Below, one piece after another: positions 18,009-24,000 of a DNA stretch of 24,000 nt. The stretch spans positions 32,799 to 56,798 of the forward strand of contig CAZUBT010000010.1 of the NCBI GenBank assembly GCA_964618815.1. The letters run 5' to 3'. Origin of the DNA: an uncultured Desulfobacterales bacterium (GTDB taxonomy: Bacteria; Desulfobacterota; Desulfobaccia; Desulfobaccales; 0-14-0-80-60-11). Each line of letters starts with the position of its first letter. Position 1 is the stretch's first letter. The notes below the pieces were generated by a model. It saw only the letters and a list, made by a program, of their open reading frames with translations. It searched no databases and was not told where the DNA came from. Position numbers and translations under genes: made by a program.

Positions 18009-18165
18009 ACCTTGACTCGGTGGCAACCAAAAGATTTCTCGTCGGATTGATCCCGCCCCGACAAATTCAAGCAACCGAAAACGGGATAAAATGGGAAATA
18101 CATTTCCCCCCGGCGCCGGATGTTGTAAAATCATTATGGAAATTCACGGGTTCAGGACAGTCCTG

Positions 18166-18810
18166 ATGTTTACCGGATTGGTGGAAGGCCTGGGGGAAAT
18201 CGTGGAAGTGCGCCGCCTGGCGGAAGGGGTCAGACTCTCCGTCACCGCGCCGTTTCCCGTTAAGGAACTGGCCCTGGGAGAGTCGGTGGCGGTGAGCGGC
18301 GCTTGCCTCACGGTGGCGGCCCTGGGCGCCGATTTCTTCACGGCGGACGTCTCCCCCGAAACCCTCACCCGGACGACATTGTCCTTAAAAAAAGTCCGGG
18401 ACCGGGTAAATGTGGAAAGGGCCCTGCGGCTGGGAGACCGCCTGGGCGGCCACCTGGTCACCGGCCACGTGGACGGCCTGGGGGTGGTCCGGGAACGCCG
18501 GGAAGGACCGGCCTCCATCCAGTTCCGTTTTGAACTTCCGGAGCCTTTAAGCCGGTATGTCATTGAGAAAGGCTCCATCGCCATCGACGGGGTCAGCCTC
18601 ACCGTCAATACCGTCCAGGGCCGCGCCTTCACGGTGAACATCATTCCCTTTACTGCGCAGAAAACCACCCTGGCCCGGTTGCAGCCGGGAGATCAGGTCA
18701 ACCTGGAAACCGATATTATCGGCAAATACGTGGAGCGGCTCTTGGGACCCAAGGCCAGGGACGGATCGGCCCTGACTCCGGAATTCCTGGCACGCCACGG
18801 GTTTTTTTAG
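18166..18810 (+). CDS. ribE: Riboflavin synthase (alpha chain)
   Basis: The canonical N-terminus MFTGLVEGLG starts at ATG 18166. Internal duplication is present (GDSVAVSGACLTV / GSIAIDGVSLTV). The 25 upstream codons in the ORF track are unlikely to be translated. Confidence 0.92.
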   Translation: MFTGLVEGLGEIVEVRRLAEGVRLSVTAPFPVKELALGESVAVSGACLTVAALGADFFTADVSPETLTRTTLSLKKVRDRVNVERALRLGDRLGGHLVTGHVDGLGVVRERREGPASIQFRFELPEPLSRYVIEKGSIAIDGVSLTVNTVQGRAFTVNIIPFTAQKTTLARLQPGDQVNLETDIIGKYVERLLGPKARDGSALTPEFLARHGFF

Positions 18811-18858
18811 AATCAGCAGATTACGCAGATTGACGCAGACTACAATAATTCCACAGAA

Positions 18859-18982
18859 AAGGAGGTGGGGAGATGGTTACCGCGGTAACGTTCACGGTCA
18901 ATATCTGAGGTTGAATCGGTAACGGCAAGGGTAGTTACCCTTGCGCAAAAACCATCTCCCCCGGAAGTGGCGCTTCTCGGGG
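18859..18982 (+). promoter_or_regulatory. Structured 5' leader with SD plus 11-codon uORF upstream of yedE
   Basis: AAGGAGG (18859-18865), then ATG 18873 encoding MVTAVTFTVNI with stop at 18906-18908. A perfect 12-bp long-range helix GGGGAGATGGTT (18867-18878) / AACCATCTCCCC (18950-18961) covers the uORF start. Four GGTAAC/GTTACC units give competing internal hairpins. A local hairpin at 18959-18982 competes for the CCCC. Confidence 0.4.
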
Positions 18983-19000
18983 TGCATACGGAGGAATGCC

Positions 19001-20083
19001 ATGGCTTTTCTGCGGCAAAATCTGGTCCTCCTGGGAGGACTCCTTGTAGGCATCATGGGCGCGGTCCTGGTGAAATTCGGGAACCCCGCCAATATGGGTA
19101 TCTGTTTCGTCTGTTTCTACCGGGATATCGCCGGTTCCCTGGGACTGCACTTGAATCCCCTGGTTCAATACCTGCGGCCGGAAATCATCGGCATCTTTTT
19201 AGGCTCCTTCTTTTCAGCCCTGGCCTTTAAGGATTTTAACCCCCGGGGCGGCTCCAGTCCCCTGATCCGTTTTGTCCTGGGGATGCTCATCATGGTGGGG
19301 GGCCTGATCTTTCTGGGCTGTCCCATCCGGGCCATCTACCGCCTGGCCGGCGGGGACCTCTCAGCCCTGGGGGGCATCCTGGGGATCCCCTTCGGGGCTT
19401 ATCTGGGGCTCTATTTTCTCACCCGGGGCTACAATCTGGGCAAAGCCCGCCCCTTGCCCCGGTGGCTGGCGGCCCTGCCCGTGGCCTGCTTTGGGATCCT
19501 GGGGCTCTTGCTCCTGGTGAAGCTCCTGTGGCAGACCCCATACCCCTTTTTCAGCGTCAAGGGCCCCGGGGCCATGCACGCGCCGGTGCTCCTGTCCCTG
19601 GGCCTGGGGCTGGTGGCCGGGGTGCTGTTCCAGCGGTCCCGGCTATGCCTGTCCGGGGGCTTTAGGGATGTGTTTCTGTTTAACGATTTTTACCTGTTGA
19701 AGGGCTTCCTGGGGATTCTCTTAGGGGCCTATGTGGCCAATGTGGCCCTGGGGCTCTTTAAACCGGTCCTGGTGGGTCCCGTGGCCCACGGCAATTTTGT
19801 GGCCAACTTTCTGGGCATGGGCCTCTTGGGCTTCGCCGCCATCTTGTTGGGGGGTTGCCCCATGCGGCAGCTCATCATGACCTGGGAGGCCAACCTGGAC
19901 TCCTTTGTGACCATCCTGGGCATGTTCGCGGGGGCCGGCCTGATGCACAGCCTGGGGCTGGCCGCGTCTCCCGCCGGGGTCACCCCCGGCGGCTGGATGG
20001 CCCTGGCCCTGGGCTACGCTACGGCCTTGGCCATTGCCTGGGTGTTCACCGGAGTCAGAGCCCTGGCCGGGAAGGGGGCCTGA
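19001..20083 (+). CDS. YedE/YeeE-family sulfur or selenium compound transporter (membrane)
   Basis: About 360 aa, polytopic. It has the three Cys-containing family motifs: GNPANMGICFVCFYRDIAGSLGLH, LGCPIRAIYRLAGGD and GGCPMRQLI. GGAGG lies 7 nt upstream of ATG 19001. The ORF track start at 18941 is probably too long. Confidence 0.8.
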   Translation: MAFLRQNLVLLGGLLVGIMGAVLVKFGNPANMGICFVCFYRDIAGSLGLHLNPLVQYLRPEIIGIFLGSFFSALAFKDFNPRGGSSPLIRFVLGMLIMVGGLIFLGCPIRAIYRLAGGDLSALGGILGIPFGAYLGLYFLTRGYNLGKARPLPRWLAALPVACFGILGLLLLVKLLWQTPYPFFSVKGPGAMHAPVLLSLGLGLVAGVLFQRSRLCLSGGFRDVFLFNDFYLLKGFLGILLGAYVANVALGLFKPVLVGPVAHGNFVANFLGMGLLGFAAILLGGCPMRQLIMTWEANLDSFVTILGMFAGAGLMHSLGLAASPAGVTPGGWMALALGYATALAIAWVFTGVRALAGKGA

Positions 20084-20084
20084 G

Positions 20085-20291
20085 ATGGCGGCCCCGTTGG
20101 ATTGCCGCGGTTTAAGCTGCCCCCTGCCGGTGTTGCAGGTGAAGGAGGCATTGGCCAAGGGCAAACCCTTTGCCATCATGGTGGACGATGCCTGCGCGGT
20201 GGAAAATATCTCCCGGTTCCTGAGCCATAAAGGAGTGCCCTTCGCCATTGCCGCCCAGGGGGAGGAAAGCCTCATTGAGGTGAGGCCCTAG
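20085..20291 (+). CDS. TusA/SirA-like sulfurtransferase (YeeD/YedF-type partner)
   Basis: 68 aa. LDCRGLSCPLPVLQVKEAL contains the CPxP active-site motif. The ATG is 1 nt after the yedE stop. Confidence 0.8.
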   Translation: MAAPLDCRGLSCPLPVLQVKEALAKGKPFAIMVDDACAVENISRFLSHKGVPFAIAAQGEESLIEVRP

Positions 20292-20303
20292 GTTGTGTCC
20301 CAG

Positions 20304-20366
20304 CCATAGGGCGGCCCGCGGCCGCCGAGATTCGGCGGGCACGGCCCGCCCTATGGATTTTTCTTG
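20304..20366 (+). terminator. Strong rho-independent terminator after the tusA-like gene
   Basis: CCATAGGGCGG (20304-20314) pairs with CCGCCCTATGG (20346-20356). An inner GC-rich sub-stem (GCCGCCGA/TCGGCGG) is present. Followed by ATTTTTCTT. Confidence 0.7.
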
Positions 20367-20407
20367 GGTCTTTTCCAGAATTAAAGTCGGGCTTGATAAG
20401 AAATATT

Positions 20408-20436
20408 TCCCTAACCCCCTTTTAAAAAAAGGGGAA
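20408..20436. repeat. Solo degenerate copy of the DUF559-element end hairpin
   Basis: TTCCCTAACCCCCTTTTAAAAAAAGGGGAA resembles the right TIR CCCCCCTGACCCCCCTTTAAAAAAGGGGGG. Confidence 0.4.
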
Positions 20437-20559
20437 TCGGGTGAAAATAATCTAGTGTAGTCTGAAAGCCCTCCTTGTGGGGGATTGAAGGGAATTTTCA
20501 CCGGGAATTGTTCATTTCGGACCCCTGAACCCCAGACGAGGGGTGGAGCCGAAAAAGAT

Positions 20560-20580
20560 GGTGCGCGGTGCGCACCCTAC
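20560..20580 (-). repeat. GTAG-headed REP-like hairpin
   Basis: GGTGCGC-GGT-GCGCACC followed by CTAC, which reads GTAGGGTGCGCACCGCGCACC on the minus strand. A related copy lies at 23153-23173. Confidence 0.55.
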
Positions 20581-20641
20581 ATTTAATAGACCCCGGACGC
20601 AGGGTTGAACCGGAACATCTTATTCGGAGGCGCAGTAACTA

Positions 20642-21844
<1,203 letters not shown>

Positions 21845-22022
21845 GGACCGATCCTTGGAAAGGGTTAACTTAGGGAACCATGGCCCTTTTTCCCGGATAA
21901 TTGGCGGAAAAGGCAAAAAGGCAAAAGGGAACAATTATTTTCGGGGGCAGGGGTTAGCCTGCTCTGAAGGTGCTCCTGATACTACTTGGAGCATTAATTG
22001 CATTGCATCGGTTACGGGCAAC

Positions 22023-22051
22023 GTCGGGGCGGGTTTTAAACCCGCCCCGAC
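22023..22051. repeat. 29-nt perfect palindrome
   Basis: GTCGGGGCGGGTTT-T-AAACCCGCCCCGAC. Confidence 0.7.
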
Positions 22052-22099
22052 ATCGAGGCAATATTTCTTTCGCTCCGAGCAATAGTTGGAGATTGTTCC

Positions 22100-22123
22100 G
22101 GGCACGGCAAGCCGTGCTCCTAC
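22100..22123 (-). repeat. GTAG-headed REP-like hairpin
   Basis: GGGCACGGC-AA-GCCGTGCTC followed by CTAC, which reads GTAGGAGCACGGCTTGCCGTGCCC on the minus strand. Confidence 0.55.
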
Positions 22124-22241
22124 CAAGGGATTGGGGTGAAAAGGGGAAAAAACGAAAAGGGAAAAAGGTGGGAAGACTCTGAATTTTTTCTTTTTATCCT
22201 CTTCCCCTTTCCCCCTCTTTTCCCCAAATTAAGGGGGTCGG

Positions 22242-22709
22242 ATGCGGACCATAGAAGGGAAACTCATCGGTGAGGGCCTGAAGTTCGCCATAGTGGTGAG
22301 CCGGTTCAATTCGTTCATTACGGAGCGCCTTCTGGAGGGGGCGCTGGACTGCCTGCGGCGCAAAGGGGTGAAAGAGGAAGACCTGACGCTCCTCAGGGTG
22401 CCCGGCGCCTGGGAGATTCCCCTGGCGGCCAAACGCCTGGCCGATGCCAAGGCCTACGACGCAGTGGTCTGTCTGGGCGCAGTGATCCGGGGATCCACGC
22501 CTCACTTTGATTATGTGGCCGCGGAGGTGAGCAAAGGCATCGCCCAGGTGAGTCTGGACACCGGGGTGCCCATTGCCTTCGGGATTCTCACCACCGACAC
22601 CCTGGAGCAGGCCATCGAACGGGCCGGCAGCAAGGCGGGCAATAAAGGCTTTGCCGCGGCGGAAGCCGCCATTGAAATGGTCAACCTCCTGAAGGAACTG
22701 GGGGGCTGA
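22242..22709 (+). CDS. ribH: 6,7-dimethyl-8-ribityllumazine synthase
   Basis: 155 aa. Motifs: [31 protein letters not shown] and GILTT. Confidence 0.95.
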   Translation: MRTIEGKLIGEGLKFAIVVSRFNSFITERLLEGALDCLRRKGVKEEDLTLLRVPGAWEIPLAAKRLADAKAYDAVVCLGAVIRGSTPHFDYVAAEVSKGIAQVSLDTGVPIAFGILTTDTLEQAIERAGSKAGNKGFAAAEAAIEMVNLLKELGG

Positions 22710-23156
22710 TTGGGTCATTATTCCCGCAGCCGTTGCCGGGAATGGGCTCTCCAGTTTCTGTATCAGGCCGAATTTGTCGGACAGCGCCGGGCCGAAGATT
22801 TAGCCGGCTTCTGGAGCCACTTCCATCCCGAGGATCAGATTCCCCGGTACCTTACGGAGTTGGTGGAAGGGGTGGCTTCCCATCTGACGGAGCTGGACGC
22901 CCTCATTGTCCGGTATTCGGAGCATTGGCGCCTGGAGCGCATGACCGCGGTGGACCGCAATCTCCTGCGCCTGGCGGCTTTTGAGCTTCTTTATCAGCCT
23001 CACATCCCGCCCAAGGTGGCCATCAATGAGGCGGTGGAGTTGGCCAAGCGCTTCGGCAGCGAAGCCTCAGGGGCCTTTGTCAACGGACTCCTGGACCAGA
23101 TCCGGGTGGCCGCCGGCAGGGAGATCGAAGCGGGGCCGGAGGATGGAGCTCAGTAG
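22710..23156 (+). CDS. nusB: Transcription antitermination factor NusB
   Basis: 148 aa. Typical R..AR..ALQ.LYQ N-terminus, LERMTAVDRNLLRLAAFEL, AINEAVELAKRFG and FVNGLLD. TTG start directly after the ribH stop. Confidence 0.92.
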   Translation: MGHYSRSRCREWALQFLYQAEFVGQRRAEDLAGFWSHFHPEDQIPRYLTELVEGVASHLTELDALIVRYSEHWRLERMTAVDRNLLRLAAFELLYQPHIPPKVAINEAVELAKRFGSEASGAFVNGLLDQIRVAAGREIEAGPEDGAQ

Positions 23157-23173
23157 GGTGCGTCCTGCGCACC
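23153..23173 (+). repeat. GTAG-headed REP-like hairpin overlapping the nusB stop codon
   Basis: GTAGGGTGCG-TCC-TGCGCACC. The TAG of the head is the nusB stop. Confidence 0.55.
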
Positions 23174-23210
23174 GGATAGCCTAACGCAAAACCGCAAAGG
23201 CGCAACGACC

Positions 23211-23233
23211 CCAACCGAAAACCGAAAACCAAC
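23211..23233 (+). repeat. Heptad array (CCGAAAA)x2
   Basis: CCAACCGAAAACCGAAAACCAAC, 135 nt upstream of the ATG at 23368. Confidence 0.7.
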
Positions 23234-23367
23234 TTGAGCTTGCATATCCTGGAGAAAGACTTTAATTTATGTGGTAGTATAAACCAGGAAATCCGGTAAG
23301 ACGCGGCTTCCCATCAGGTGGGCGATACCGCACCGATAATCGGCCTTATCAAGAGGAGGAAGATTAT

Positions 23368-24000
23368 ATGGCCCGAAAGATTCTATCAGTGGTCGTGGTA
23401 GTGATTCTGGGAGTAGCGCTGGCGGGTTGCGCCACTAACGGTTATTATGATCCGGGCCGCTCCACGGCGGCCGGAGCCTTGGGAGGCGCGGCCACCGGCG
23501 CCGCCTTGGGGGCCATTATCGGCGCGGCTACCGGCTCTCCCGCCACCGGCGCCTGGGTGGGCGCCGCGGCTGGCGCAGTGGCCGGCGGAGTGGGCGGCTA
23601 CCTCTACGCGGAGCACCGCAACAGCCAGGCCCGGGATGCCGCAGCCGCGGCCCGGGCCTATAATTACACTCCCCAGGAAACCGTGGTCAACATCGACAAG
23701 ACTGAGGTGGTTCCTGCCCGGGTCCGGGCCGGCCGGCAGGTGAACATGGTGATGAACTACACCATTCTCACCCCCGGGGGCGCGCCGGTTGCCGCCACCC
23801 TGGTGCGGGAAGTGCGCCTGGGCGGGGCCGCGGTTGGACAGCCTTATCAGACTCAGGTGACCAACAACAACGGCAGTTTTGCGGACCAGGTGGCTTATAC
23901 CCTCCCCAGCAACGCCACCCCCGGCACCTACATGGTGGTGAGCCGGCTGGTCACCAGCTTAGGCGCGCAGGAGAACACCGCTTATTTCATCGTGGAGTAA
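23368..24000 (+). CDS. Lipoprotein with N-terminal glycine-zipper segment and C-terminal beta-rich domain
   Basis: 210 aa. Signal peptide with lipobox LAGC. Gly/Ala-rich zipper (GALGGAATGAALGAIIGAATG...GAAAGAVAGGVGG). GAGGAGG RBS. The stop codon is at the window end. Confidence 0.75.
   Translation: MARKILSVVVVVILGVALAGCATNGYYDPGRSTAAGALGGAATGAALGAIIGAATGSPATGAWVGAAAGAVAGGVGGYLYAEHRNSQARDAAAAARAYNYTPQETVVNIDKTEVVPARVRAGRQVNMVMNYTILTPGGAPVAATLVREVRLGGAAVGQPYQTQVTNNNGSFADQVAYTLPSNATPGTYMVVSRLVTSLGAQENTAYFIVE

Noticed and set aside
18091-18165. N-terminal 25-codon extension of ribE given by the ORF track. Similar extensions exist for yedE (18941), livH (13698), the DUF1622 gene (12901), the tusA-like gene (20034) and dnaN (1700).
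   Set aside because: The family-typical N-termini (for example MFTGLVEG for riboflavin synthase) and better-placed SD sequences support the internal starts. The extensions run through repeat or leader sequence.
20367-20641. Possible FMN (RFN) riboswitch upstream of ribBA. Also checked upstream of ribE (18009-18165) and ribH (21845-22241).
   Set aside because: I could not find the conserved RFN core strings (GGGGCAGGGTGAAATTCCC..ACCGGCGGT, GCCGACAGT, AGTCTGGATG) in any of the three leaders. A covariance-model scan would be decisive, but by eye the element is absent.
21950-22060. Possible tRNA or small structured RNA gene in the ribBA-ribH spacer.
   Set aside because: There is no GTTCGAATC-type T-loop, no cloverleaf with correct arm spacing, and no CCA-proximal acceptor pairing. 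The hairpins are explained by palindromic repeats.

Overview
High-GC chromosomal window with 21 of 22 intact genes on the + strand. It looks like an anaerobic Desulfobacterota or deltaproteobacterium-like genome, but that is inference only. The housekeeping backbone is ilvD (5' truncated by the window edge), dnaN, gyrB, livH, iorA-iorB, ribE, ribBA, ribH and nusB. This backbone is interrupted several times by small accessory pieces and by dense families of short intergenic repeats. The observations I consider most worth follow-up are: (1) a 419-bp unit in which a DUF559 endonuclease ORF is bracketed by 34-bp terminal inverted repeats (32/34 identical). It sits between two copies of the 5' end of iorA (71 bp identical, then diverging). 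(2) A P-type cation ATPase carrying an N-terminal PTS EIIA-2 / PtsN-like domain. (3) An ECF sigma / zf-HC2 anti-sigma / periplasmic metal-sensor cassette that is split by about 4.2 kb holding that ATPase and an orphan EncFtn-like half-ferritin. (4) A yedE/tusA-like sulfur or selenium transport pair inserted between ribE and ribBA, preceded by a structured leader with a strong SD and an 11-codon uORF, and followed by its own terminator. (5) A low-GC CGGC-domain gene in the dnaN-gyrB slot, flanked by inverted CCGAAAA heptad arrays. The same heptad recurs upstream of several other genes. (6) A deletion scar after livH: a toxin 3' remnant plus an intact YgiT-type antitoxin. No rRNA, tRNA or CRISPR array was seen. 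All protein-family calls come from my recognition of motifs in the translations. No searches were run.
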